From: Asterias rubens
Taxonomy: Eukaryota
DNA length: 64,000 bases
Reading direction: 5' to 3'
Assembly: GCF_902459465.1 (NCBI RefSeq)
Contig: NC_047077.1
Location: 5,208,001-5,272,000 of the forward strand
Translations under genes and position numbers: made by a program
The notes under the pieces: model-generated
The model's database searches: none
Told to the model about the DNA's origin: nothing
What the model saw: only the letters and a program-made list of their open reading frames with translations
Shown: one piece after another, positions 12,006 to 23,520 of the stretch
Layout of the letters: each line of letters begins with the position of its first letter
How positions within the stretch are numbered: the stretch's first letter is position 1

Positions 12006-13854
12006 AAAATAAGCCCTATATTATTGTATTATATTTACCCTGAGGCATAGACATCACTCATTATAAGTTAACTGTAGTGATTTCATGGTGGGTAAACTCA
12101 TAGGTTAACAAAATAGGGAAAACTTTCCGTATCCTGCCACAAATTTTTACAAAAAGGAATATCTGATTTGAGTAGGCCTAAATAAACATAAAGTTATTAC
12201 AAAGTAATTTATATTCGGAATACGGAAACTATTCTACCCTTCGTACGTAAGGTAACACAACAGTTAAGTGTAATTTGAGCTAATTTTGGGCGGATAAACA
12301 TTGATGGCGTGCACGAAAAATTTACCCCAATTTGTCTTCCGATTGCGCCCAGCATGTTTAATTTTCCCCGCGGCTGCTTCGAGGGTTAATCGCCATTTTG
12401 TATGCAACATGGTCCCGCACCGTTGCTGGAAATAAAAAACAGTTTCCAAAATGCTCATTTCTAACTATGTCTATACCACCAGTTAACTCCCCTTTTTGTA
12501 ATTCTTACCTTTAAAATGTCCTCTTCAAGATGACGAATTCCTGAATAACCTTTGCAGAGTATATTTCCAGGGTTTTGGCTATAAAAATAACCTGTCTCCA
12601 AGGGCCGTTTCCGAAGTGTAAACTCACACACGTGTGGTTTGTTGTCAGCCCACACACGAAACACACGTGTGCATCCGGGTCACACTCGCAAGCACCGTTA
12701 TCAGCATTCAAAGATGGCGCCCTCCATTGTTCATTATGATTGGTGGTCGTATAAAAATAGATTAATTTCTAGTTTGTGAGCTACAAAAACACCTTTTGTC
12801 ATTGTAGAGTAATATTTTCAGAATGTATAGACTTTTATTCGTTTGATGCTTATTGACATGAAACTTTAAATAAAGTAGACAAATGTTAGAATATAAATCG
12901 CCTTCTTCTACCGAGCCTTGCATACTAATTAGATGACGTCACTCATCTCTTCTCAAGGAAACTGGCTTTATTTGCGTTTGGGAACAATGTTTGACTGTGG
13001 ATAATTGTTGTTATGGGATGGAATTCTGACCGTGTTTTTTTTAGCACACAAGTTTGCACAGAAGTGTGATAAGAACAAACAAGTCTTGCTTAGCAAAAAA
13101 AGGTTCCAAGCAAGAATACCATACAGTTCCGTTGCTGTGACTGATATTTTTTCTTAGTAAAGAAATTTTGGGGCAAATAATTTGCTCAGCAGAGTTGTCT
13201 GTTTAACAGCTCTATGAAAATGAGCCATGGTTAATCTGGGCAGCTTGATTGATGACGACATCACGGTAAATTTTCCGAATAAATCTTGTTAACAAAATCA
13301 ATAACACTTTCCCTTGTGTCGCGGCTACCTCAAAGAGAAGTCCCACGTGCTTTTTGTTTCCATAATTAATTACAACCCTTGCTCCAGAGAAAACACCCAA
13401 TTCACATCAAGGTGCATTGAGGCATTTGAGCCATTTTGTGAGTTTGACTTTGATCAAATTATGTCTGGAACTGTTGCTTGTTTGATCACCGGGTGAAAAT
13501 GCCAGCGGCGTATGTTTCGCATGGCAGAAGGGGATCGCCAGGATAAGGCAGAATTGAGCTGCTTTGGACGATACTGGGTGATAAGAGCATGGCACTTGGG
13601 AGAGAAAGATCAGTGTGTGCTACCAACAATAACTTTAGAGCAGAAACATGGGCAACAACAACATTGAGAAACATAACTCCGCAAATAGCGATGGAGAAAC
13701 AAATGTTACATCATCACAATCAGAGACAGCATTAAATGCAAGCAAATGCGAAAGAAAACTCGAGTAAGAGACATCATTAAGATATATAATAGATATCGTT
13801 GTACCTGCTGCCAACACATTAGGATTCGAACTGGTATGTAGCTATAGCTACCGG

Positions 13855-13975
13855 GCAATCTCGGTAGTTTGTAAAACACTGCTCTAGAATTGCAAGGGTC
13901 GTGGTTTCGAATCCCACCTCGGGCAAGCACTGGGTATACATGCAGTGATAACACACATCGGTGTATGGGTAATGA
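13855..13975 (+). mobile_element. tRNA-derived SINE fragment
   Basis: gcaagggtcgtggtttcgaatcccacc...taacacacatcggtgtatggg matches the arms of 11785-12005. Confidence 0.75.
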
Positions 13976-14124
13976 ATAGGGTAGATGGCCTTAGCTTTCG
14001 ATCCAATCCGGACCTTCTTAAATATATATATATATATATTATATATCAAATAATAAACCACATATATATAATTTGCGTTGGTATTTTCCTTGAACTAGAT
14101 CTTATATATATATATAATTAAGAT

Positions 14125-14392
14125 AATAAAACAAGCTATATTGAGATGGGCTGGACACACTGCCCGAAGAAAGGACAACAGATGGACAACAAAACTAATG
14201 GATTGGCAACCAATGACAGGGGAAAGAAAACAATTATAGACAGAGAAGAAGATGGAGAGATGCCATCAGGGTATATGCAGGAACAGGATTGGACAAGAAC
14301 TGCAAGGTATAGAAATGAATGGCATTTATACGAGGAGGGCTACCTTTTACACTGGGTGAACACAGCGTAAATGATGATGATGGTGATGATGA
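14125..14392 (+). mobile_element. 5'-truncated RTE-clade LINE 3' end
   Basis: Broken frame LRWAGHTARRKDNRWTTKLMDWQP...RRRWRD...WTRTARYRNEWHLYEEGYLLHW, typical of RTE ORF2 C-termini, followed by a (GAT)n tail. Confidence 0.85.
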
Positions 14393-15136
14393 AAGGGAGC
14401 ACTTTAATGGCTAATTGAAATTGTAGGTTGCGTTGGTATTTTCCTTGAACTAGATCTTAGGCCGCGCATCAACCGGTATGTCAGCGCTCTTGTTTACCTA
14501 TAGTTGTTAATATGGGCCAAATTTCATAAAGCTTTCAAGCAGCAAATACTGATTGACAGATATATTTGCTAAGCAAAATTGAGATGAGGAAGCCAGTCAC
14601 AACAATGTGAACTAAAGGTAATTTCGCTGGTTACCTGTTTATGTTATAGGCAATACATTGGCTTAGCAAGTTTTGGGCTTTTCTGGCTTTATTTTAAGGG
14701 TTCATGTTCCACAATGACCATGCTTTATACCAAAGTTCATTCTCTTAACTCTCAAATGGGTTATTGGCTATCCAGTGACTTACGTTTGCTTTTCTGAGAG
14801 TCATTCAAAACAACATAACAATGAAATTAAATAAAATGTAGAAAAATTGTATACAACTTATCGAAAATCTCCCTTCTTCGTAAAGTTCACGTATCTATCT
14901 TACCGGATCTATTGGAGCTTATGATATTCTCTATTGGAAACATCAAGATTTATTTTACATACAGTTTTAGAAAGCCTCTGCCTTTGCGGTGGGACTTCCG
15001 CAAAAAGGCTAATGTACAATTCCTTTAAAAGAAGAGCCATGTATTACATCTTAATGCTTTGAGATGTAATCCTTTGTCAGAGACATAAGGGTTTCGAGTC
15101 ACGCAACCACGTTTAAGTGGAAAATATAACTTTAAT

Positions 15137-15689
15137 ATGTCACCTGGAAGTGGTATTTTTTCAAAAAAAAGCTTTTGTCACTAATATATGTGTGTTGATG
15201 AGTGGAATGTGAATAAACAGTTAACTAAGGTTTTAAAAAAATCAGTCTTTATGTTATTTACAAATTTAAGAGTAGACCCCGACCCGAGAGGGCGCTGTTC
15301 GTGACGTCAATCGAGGCAGACTTTGCCTGTTATGCGTAGAGTAAACACAAATGCAAAGTACATGTACGGACCAAGTCGTGAGTTTGTACGTTTAAAAAAA
15401 AAATGCCGACCAGGTGTATTGCTGCTGAATGCAGAAAAACACTTTTTGAAATTGACCAACTCACGACTTGGACGTACATGTACTGTGCACGTGTTTACTA
15501 TACGCATTGCAGGCAAAGTCTGCCTCGATTGACGTCACAAAAGGGGTAGGTGGAGTCATCCCCCCAAACAACTTTATATATTTTTTAAACATATAAATCG
15601 TGACAAACAATTACTAAAAAAATTGTTTTATTGTTTGTAAGCATTATACTCTTATGTTTGAAAGAAAAAAATTCTATTCCCAGGTGACT
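15137..15689. mobile_element. TTAA-type MITE with an internal about 95-bp-arm inverted repeat (15301-15538)
   Basis: Termini gtcacctgg and ccaggtgact followed by TTAA. Inner arms gtgacgtcaatcgaggcagactttgcctg and its reverse complement. Confidence 0.75.
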
Positions 15690-17065
15690 TTAAAGTAATA
15701 TTTTCCAGTAAAACAAGTCTCAAAAATAGTTTTCGTATGTAAAAAACTTATTAACCAGCTTTTGTTAAAACACCATAACTAGTAAATACGTTTTACATGT
15801 TAAAACTGAGACAAAACTTATTTCGTGACATTGTTTTACTAATTTCTCAACAACTCCAGCACCTCAGCAAGTAATATTTTAAGGGTAGCTTTCTACTATT
15901 CTTGAATGTAAACTGTGTAAGTTGAATGTAAATATGTGGAAATTATGTACAAAAAAAGTACCCAAACCCTTTAAGCAGCTCTATAAAATTTATACCTGGA
16001 CCTCTGTACATCGATTTACCAATTTAAATTACAGGCCAATTTAACTTGACTCGAGTACACGTTCCCAAGGAGAAAATTGCCACCGGGCAAATCAGATATC
16101 AGATAGCGGAACCGTCAATAGGTATAACATAAAGAAGGTTAACTTGGTTATGTTAGTGGTAAAATTTCTTGCCGTAAATGTTTGGAACTGTTTGGGAGTC
16201 TCCAAATGGCTTGAGTGCATGCCTAGCGACGATCGGCCAATTTTTCAATTATGGTAAAAAAAGTGGCATTTGGCCATGCACATTTCGCATGCGATTGAGA
16301 ACATTTCGGGGAACATCAGAGCTGAACTACAGATTGCAATGTTACAACATTACATGCCAACCGTGAGAGCAGAGCCCATATTCACAGGAAGCGCTTAATC
16401 AGGAAATAGGGCTTAAGCAAAAGTATACACAGGATACCAGTCACAGATTGTACATGACACATGCTATTTTTGGCTGGTACCCTTTATGGTGAGCATAATT
16501 CTGTAGTTTTGGAAAGTGTTTACTTGTTGGATTAATATGGCCATGTCAAATTGTCAACTTAATTAGAAAACGAATCCTAAAAGAATTGCATGTTTAAAAT
16601 GCAAATCTGAAAACACAACTTTCAAAACAATTATAATACACCCGTAACTTTATTCATAAGCAGCAAACGTATTATTGAATTGAATTGATCAAATGCAAAC
16701 GGCAACTGTATACAATTCGAACCCGGTCCTTTAATAACAATTAGACCCACTATTCAGTTTTAATGAATTGACCAACCATGGAGGAAGAAAATATATCAAT
16801 TTTCTTCTTCCATGCACCAACTATAGGAACCAGTAAACGAGTAACAATTTCTCGCACGGAAGTTGAACCAGTCAGACAGTAGACGACCACGTGTGGGTGA
16901 AAGCATATTGACTTGACGTCTAGTGCGCGCGCTGTCAGTGAATTCAAACGACCTAATTGAATAAAATCAATTACTTCGGTAGCACGTACAGCCTTTTTAT
17001 GAGGAGCTATATACGAAACCACAGATTTGTAGTTGCCAAGCACTTCACGTAAAGGCCTTGACTCA

Positions 17066-17119
17066 TTGAGTAAGCAACCTTACTTTCTTAATATTAAGAA
17101 AGTAAGGTTGCTTACTCAA
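17066..17119. repeat. Perfect 54-bp spacerless palindrome
   Basis: ttgagtaagcaaccttactttcttaat is followed immediately by its reverse complement. Confidence 0.95.
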
Positions 17120-17221
17120 GGCACTGGACACTATTGTTCCACTATTATTATAGCATATCATTTTAAATCAATCGATGTCGTTATCACAACCAACGGTCAA
17201 TTATAAAAGCGTAGGCCTTGA

Positions 17222-17603
17222 AGGCATGGATTCTTGGTAATTGGCAAAGACCAGTCTTCTCACTTGGTGTATCTCAACAAGCATATAATAACAAACCTGT
17301 GGAAATTTGGACTCAATCGGTCGTCGCGAAGTTGCGAAAGAATAATGAAAGAGAAAACACCCTCGCCGCACAAGTTGTACGCTTTCAGATGCTTGATTTC
17401 GAGACCTAAAGCTGAGGTCTCGAAATCAATTAAAATATTTGAGTGATGAGAAATTACTTCTTTCTCAAAAACTGCATGACTTCAGAGGAGCCGTTTCTCA
17501 CAATGTTTTTTTTTTACTATCAACAGCTCTCAATTATTGCTCGTTAATACCAAGTAAGTTTGTATGCCAACCATTTTTTTGAGTAATTGAGTGCCCAGTG
17601 CCT
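17222..17603 (+). mobile_element. Kolobok-type MITE family A
   Basis: Family A internal sequence with degenerate termini. Confidence 0.8.
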
Positions 17604-18013
17604 TTAGGACGAATGATTTACAAGTAAAGACACACCACTACACATTCATCATTCGATGAGATACACAAACGAACACTACTCGTCGTTAATATATTTTATA
17701 GTCAGTGAACGTCGTGCAAACTTTTATTTTGAACACATTTTCAGGAAGTTGCTTCTAACAAAATTAAGCAATTATCCCCGACCGAGACAACCCCAGAGGA
17801 TTAAAAAAGGTATTTACAAAAATATAATCAACTCAAAGGATCTCTTGATAAATAAGAAATAAATTACTTTGTTTTGTTGTGCAGGTATTAGATGGTACCG
17901 TTGAGCTTTATACAATGCATTGACTGCCCTGATGCATGTTTCAGGAAGGGTGAACTACCTCCATGATTTGACGAATGCACGACCTTTGGATATTTTAAGA
18001 GATCTTCAGTTAA

Positions 18014-18340
18014 AGGCATGGACACGTTTTCGTAACAAATATCAGTGTTCTCACTTGGTGTATCCCAACATTTGTATCAATAATAAAACAAATCTGTGAA
18101 AATGTTGGCACAGTTGGTCATCGAAGTTGCAAGAAAACATTTTGAAGAAAAAAACACGGTTGCTAATTTTAATTGTGTGCTTCTTGATGCCCGAAAAAGA
18201 CTTAGATTCAAATATTTTTGTAAGACTTCAAGGGAGTCGTTTTTTTAAATATACTGTCAAAAACGTTGCTCGTTACCAAGTTAGCTGTTGTGCTATATAA
18301 TATTTGTTTGAGTAATTACCAAATGTGTCAACCAGTGCCT
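18014..18340 (+). mobile_element. Kolobok-type MITE family A (diverged)
   Basis: ttaaaggcatggacac ... ccagtgccttaa. Confidence 0.7.
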
Positions 18341-18838
18341 TAAAATTGGTTTGTACTGGCGTCGACAATGTTGACTAAATATTGGTCAAGTTGCAAGAAA
18401 ATAATGACGACGCGCAATATTCTTCGTGTCGTTTTAAATTTATTAGAAAATGCTGATTATGTTTATTTTACTTCGGCACTTTGTGAAACATAATGTTGGT
18501 TTTAAATCAGGAACAGCAATTTATGTTTGCAGGATACATTAATAAGTCTCGCCCTGCCGAGAGACATACGCGAAGACCGGAACACGTACCTTAAAATTGG
18601 TTCGTATTGGCGTCGACAATTTTGACTAAATATTGGTCAAGTTGCAAGAAAATAATGACGACGCGCAATATTCTTCGTGTCGTTTTAAATTTATTAGAAA
18701 ATGCTGATTATGTTTATTTTACTTCGGCACTTTGTGAAACATAATGTTGGTTTTAAATCAGGAATAGCAATTTATGTTTGCAGGATACATTAATAAGTCT
18801 CGCCCTGCCGAGAGACATACGCGAAGACCGGAACACGT
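18338..18838. repeat. Tandem duplication, 251-bp unit, two copies
   Basis: ccttaaaattgg starts at 18338 and 18589, and the copies are nearly identical. Confidence 0.95.
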
Positions 18839-18929
18839 TTGTTTGTCCATATATTGAGCATAAGTAAACTGGATCTTTTATAGCCATCTGGAGCAGCAGG
18901 GACCAATAATTAAACATAGAGCTGATTAA

Positions 18930-19660
18930 AGGCACTGGACACCTTCGGTAATTGCCGAAGACCAGTATTCTCACTTGGCGTATCCCAACATTATGTATAA
19001 TATAACAACTCTGTGAACATTAATTTGGGTGCAAAAGGTCATCGAAATTGCAAGAGAATTATGAAAGAAAAAAACACCCTTGCTGCACAAGTGTACTTTC
19101 CGATCCGATGCCTAAAAAGGGCTTCAGGTCTGAAATCTTATTGACTGAGGGTGCGTTCGATTAGCTTCCCCGGGTCGACCCCAGTGTGCTCATCCGGGTG
19201 GCGTATTTAATTTTTTCCAGGACGAACGTGGGCAGGCAATTACCCCCACCTTGGTCTCGGTTAGCCCCAAGTGACCCGCTTGTGGATCGGGTCACTTGGG
19301 GCTGGCCCGAGGTGCACTGACGTCACCACGAGAAGGGTCACGTGATGATGCGTATTTTTTGTTCAGGTGGAACGTGGGTAAATATCTGCACATGTTCGTC
19401 CTGGAAAAAAATAGACGACTTTTCCACGACGAACGTGAGGTAATTATCTGCCCACGTTCGTCCTTAAAATACGCCACCCGGGGTTGACCCGGGGAAGCTA
19501 ATCGAACGCACCCTGAGACATTACGTCTTTCTCAAAAACTACGTTACTTCAGAGAGATTCGTTTCTCACAATGTGTTATACTGTCAACAGCTTTCCATCG
19601 CTCGTTACTAAGTACGTTTTTATGCTAATAAATATTTTAATTGCCAATGTGTCCTGTGTT
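18930..19660 (+). mobile_element. Kolobok-type MITE family A interrupted by a nested element
   Basis: Family A sequence resumes at 19517 after the 19149-19513 insertion. Confidence 0.8.
19149..19513. mobile_element. Harbinger/PIF-type MITE nested in family A
   Basis: TIR GGGTGCGTTCGATTAGCTTCCCCGGGTC, 3-bp TSD TGA (19146-19148 and 19514-19516). Confidence 0.85.
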
Positions 19661-19966
19661 TCTAACAGCCTCATGCTCTCGCTCCTGTCTTGTACATAGT
19701 TAATTCCTAGTTATTAATTTATTATTTGCTTTTAGATTATATTGTTGTTTTTGGTATAATTTAATGCACTTTAGACTTGTTAAATTTCTATGTACTGTTT
19801 AATTCTCACAATTGTTTTTTTTTTCAACAAGAGTATTGAATAAACGTTTAGTGAATTGAATTGAATTGAATTGAATTATTGAATTGAATTTTGTGTTTCC
19901 TACGTGCGCGTGTCCATTTCATCGCTGTGCTAACTGTGAGCACACCAAAATGCATTCTAACCTTAA

Positions 19967-20421
19967 GGGCCTTGTCACACACGAGGGAACTTTTACAGGC
20001 AACTTGGAGGCAACCAACTGCAGCGCATGCTGCAGGACCACTTTTGTAGCATGCACATGAGTCATTCTTCAAACAGTGTCTTACCCAAGGTCTTACCATC
20101 CTCGACAAAAATATGTGAACATTCAAATTCAAATGCCTTTTCTTCTTGGGAAATGGTTGCCTTTAAATTGCCTCGTGTGAAATAGGCCCTAAAGGCCTTG
20201 TCACACAAGGCAAGTTTTACGGGCAACTTGGAGGCAACCAACTGCGCATTGCATACAAAAAGGGACACTTCGGTTGTACAACATACATGTACATTTTTCT
20301 AACACCATTATTATGCCCCAAAGTAAATTCATTCAATTAAAACATGATGTTTGTTCTTCCTGGAGATTGCCTGAAACTGGTTGCCTGTAAATTGCCTCCT
20401 CGTAAGAGTTGAACAAAGGTT
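19967..20421. mobile_element. Two abutting Harbinger-type MITEs (19967-20189 and 20193-about 20421)
   Basis: TIR (G/A)GGCCTTGTCACAC..., with TAA at 19964-19966 and 20190-20192 shared between the copies. Confidence 0.75.
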
Positions 20422-20452
20422 TAAAGGTGCAGTGTTTGTTCTGTATACACTT

Positions 20453-21520
20453 TCAAAAGTGTGGAGTTATCACCACCCGTTGGTTGCCGGAATGGGGCAA
20501 CTCCCCGACGACCCTACTCGTGGCCTCTATCTCGTTATCCCGGGACCTCCCCCCACGACGAAAACATTGCCGGACGGACTTGCGGCCGGCCTGCCGGAAC
20601 TTCTCGTTCCTGAAGTAGTAGATGACAATATTCCAGTAACTGTTCGACAGGAGCAGGATTTCAGATGTGAAGGTTATAAGTGGATGTGCCTCGTGTCGAG
20701 TCAGTCCCTCGTAACAAATCACGGTTGAGAACGGCAGCCAGGAGAAGGCCAGGACCGCAGTGATGATGAAAAATGTGGTGGCCGTTTTAAGGTCTGATTT
20801 TTTTATCACACGGCGATTGTTCAGGTGACCCACCTCCATGACGCTGATTTGGCGGGCGTGACGCCGCGCTATGAGGTACAGGTGAGAGTAGAGAATAAGG
20901 GTCGTCAGGAACGGCACGATGGCGAAGATCCAAGCCGCCATTACACCGAATACATCTTTCTTTTCAGGGTCTTCCGGGTCGACGAAACACGTGTGGAAGT
21001 GTGGATGATACACGGCCTTCCGCCCGGGGAGGAAACAATACATACCGCAGAAGATACCCCCAACAATCCACACCATCCCTAGTGCGAATCGTGCACGTGG
21101 TATTGTAACGTAAGTCACGCTGCGTAACGGCCATACGATCGCGACGTAACGCTCAACGTTCACGGCAACCACGAAGATACCACCGAGGGAGAGGAGTATG
21201 GTGCCTCCGGCCACCCCCAGGCAGAAGGCGTCTCCGTACGGCCAGTAGTTCACCGCGGTCGCACCGGTGATCGGTATACACACCAAGAAACCAACACCGA
21301 TGTCCGTAGCGGTGAGAGACAGCATACATAAACGGGTAACTTCATTCCCATCTCGGGTTCTCATCAACACTAAGAAGCACACAATGTTGCCGGTAATCAC
21401 AAACAATGTGGTGATTGTAAGGGTGACTGTCTGGATAGCCACTGCCCATGGTTGGTACATCAACACTTCATAAGTGCCGTTTTGATGAGTAAATTCGTGT
21501 GACGTTGCACCGGCAGCCAT
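20453..21520 (-). CDS. Intronless rhodopsin-like (class A) GPCR, orphan, 355 aa
   Basis: Seven hydrophobic segments. GN in TM1, LTATD in TM2, TM3 Cys and ERY, TM4 Trp, ECL2 Cys, TM5 Pro and Tyr, SWLPF in TM6, NIVIY in TM7, N-terminal NGT sequon. Start placed at aaaATGG (21520) rather than the TTG used by the ORF track. Confidence 0.92.
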   Translation of the reverse strand: MAAGATSHEFTHQNGTYEVLMYQPWAVAIQTVTLTITTLFVITGNIVCFLVLMRTRDGNEVTRLCMLSLTATDIGVGFLVCIPITGATAVNYWPYGDAFCLGVAGGTILLSLGGIFVVAVNVERYVAIVWPLRSVTYVTIPRARFALGMVWIVGGIFCGMYCFLPGRKAVYHPHFHTCFVDPEDPEKKDVFGVMAAWIFAIVPFLTTLILYSHLYLIARRHARQISVMEVGHLNNRRVIKKSDLKTATTFFIITAVLAFSWLPFSTVICYEGLTRHEAHPLITFTSEILLLSNSYWNIVIYYFRNEKFRQAGRKSVRQCFRRGGRSRDNEIEATSRVVGELPHSGNQRVVITPHF

Positions 21521-21698
21521 TTTGTACTTTAGACTAGGGCCAATCAAGTGGGTTTTTTTCTTCTTCTAAATTCACTCCACTACAAGCCTTGGCTCCACAA
21601 TATTGTCGTCTGCATTCTTTTAAGTATATACTGTTCAGGATGGTAATTCATGTTATATTGAATTGAATTGAAACTATTCCTCAGATCAAACCCAACAC

Positions 21699-21710
21699 GC
21701 CGCCATCTTG
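21699..21710 (-). promoter_or_regulatory. YY1-consensus site upstream of the GPCR
   Basis: CAAGATGGCGGC on the minus strand, about 180 bp 5' of the GPCR ATG. Confidence 0.4.
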
Positions 21711-22638
21711 GTTCGAGTTCAACCAGATTTTACACATAAAATCTTGCGACTATGTCGAACTGCACACAGGCTTACCCTACCACGAAACAATCACTTGTTA
21801 AGAAAACATCAAAGTGCACCAAGTTATTGGTCTCAAAGTGTAACAATAAAATAACATGAATTCAGCTTAAACAAACACAACAACAGTCATAAAGCCATCG
21901 TAAAGCCACATTTTTGCGATGAACTAAAGAATTTGAACACTTTTTCGATAGCAACTCAGTTTTCAGAACGCAACTATTCCATAAATAGTCAATTAACACC
22001 ACTTCCGTCAAAGGAGGCCTGAACTGGATTTTCCCGCAAATATTCAAGTGCCTTTTGTTTAACAGCTTCTGGTCCAAACGCTCCAAAATCATTCATTGTT
22101 AAAAACAGGTTATGGTAGACTCAAAGTTATCAAATTCCGTACATCATAATTACAAAGCTATAGTGGTCCGATTTAGAATCAGATCAATTGAACAACATGC
22201 TGGGTGGACCACACGAGTTTCATAATCTTCAATCAAACGTAGATCTCGTTGTCACAATGAGGAAGAAAGTCAAACATCTTCGAAGAGAAAATTCCTGCAT
22301 GCACAGCACTTTAAAGGCCGTCAGGTTTTACTGAAGGCAGCTCGTGTATTCCCCACGAAAACTGATTTCCGTTCAATAATCAAATATCAGACCTGGATAT
22401 CATTCTTCATTGACGAGCAGAAACAGTTGAGCAAACCACACTCCGTGAGTAAATATTCTTCCACAATGACTTTAAGGGCAGAAAGTCAAACACCTTTAAA
22501 GTTGCGAGTCTACATCCAGGCCATGCGTTTATAATTTCAATCAGCCTAGAATAGATTTGCAACGTGCAGTTCCGTTTCCAGGTGAGAATCAAATTCCCGT
22601 TATTAAAAAAAACCAATTGGCGGTTTGAACGTATAGGT

Positions 22639-23240
22639 CGTGCAAACACAAACTGTTAACTTATAACAGTTGGCTATAACGTGATAACTGCTTGACAGAA
22701 AGAGGCAAGTTTCTAGCAGTTGTGACTGAGCAGAATATGTCCAACCATATCAGAAAATGGTGCACTTAAGGGAAGTCGAAATCTCATTATTAAAATTCAA
22801 ATGGCGATTTGAATGCAGCTCGTGCGCAAACACAATATTTTATAACGTAGAACACTTGGTTAAAACGTGTTAACTGCATTGACAAAAATTGGCAAGTTTG
22901 TGCCAGCAGTCCCGACGAAACAGTTATCTTTATATCACAAAATGGCGCACTTGGCGAAATGTCACTTTCCGTTTTAACGTCTCCATGGAGTGTGGCGGTG
23001 AAATTTCTCTCAGCCAATTTTGAACTTGTCGTGCGCACACACAATCTGTTAACGTATAACACTTGGTTATAACGTGATTTGCCGCATTGAAAAAAGAATG
23101 GGTTTGCTTGTGCAAGCAGTCCTGACTAAACCAGTTTCTCTGATCATATCACAACATGACTCACTTAATAGCGAAATGTCACTTTCCGTTTTAACGTGCG
23201 ATGGTGAAACTCAAAATACTGTCAGGCGAGTTTGAACTTC
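22639..23240. repeat. Diverged tandem repeat, three units of about 180-210 bp
   Basis: Units begin cgtgc(g)caaacac at 22639, 22821 and 23030. They share blocks such as acttggttataacgtg and cgaaatgtcactttccgttttaacgt. Confidence 0.75.
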
Positions 23241-23520
23241 AAAACTGATTAAATCTTCCGTTGCATGTTTTCGTTACCATGGCAGTTTTAATCTTCCAAC
23301 GGGGTAGTTAAATCGTTGCAGTCACTCTGCGTAGACTTCACATTTTCCCCGCTCGCACAACCGGCGTAACTTGACCAATCTGCTTGGATTTGAAAATTCA
23401 AAGATATAATCAAGTCAATGTATATGGGTTCTCCAGGGTCTTGTACTGCAGTCCTGGGAAAAAAAGTTACAGTTGTTCATCAGTGAAGGAAGGAATTCTC
23501 AATTTCTTCTCCAGCCCCTA

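Noticed and set aside
12461-12711. Cys-containing short ORFs as a THAP or zinc-finger transposase fragment
   Set aside because: Cys/His spacing does not fit and the frames are closed by nearby stops.
15307-15532. Mirror ORFs on both strands (also 11765-12050)
   Set aside because: They are by-products of inverted repeats.
20381-21473. Plus-strand ORFs overlapping the GPCR
   Set aside because: Antisense shadows of a GC-richer coding sequence.
21521-21547. ORF-track TTG start for the GPCR
   Set aside because: Non-ATG start in a eukaryote. An ATG in good context follows nine codons later.
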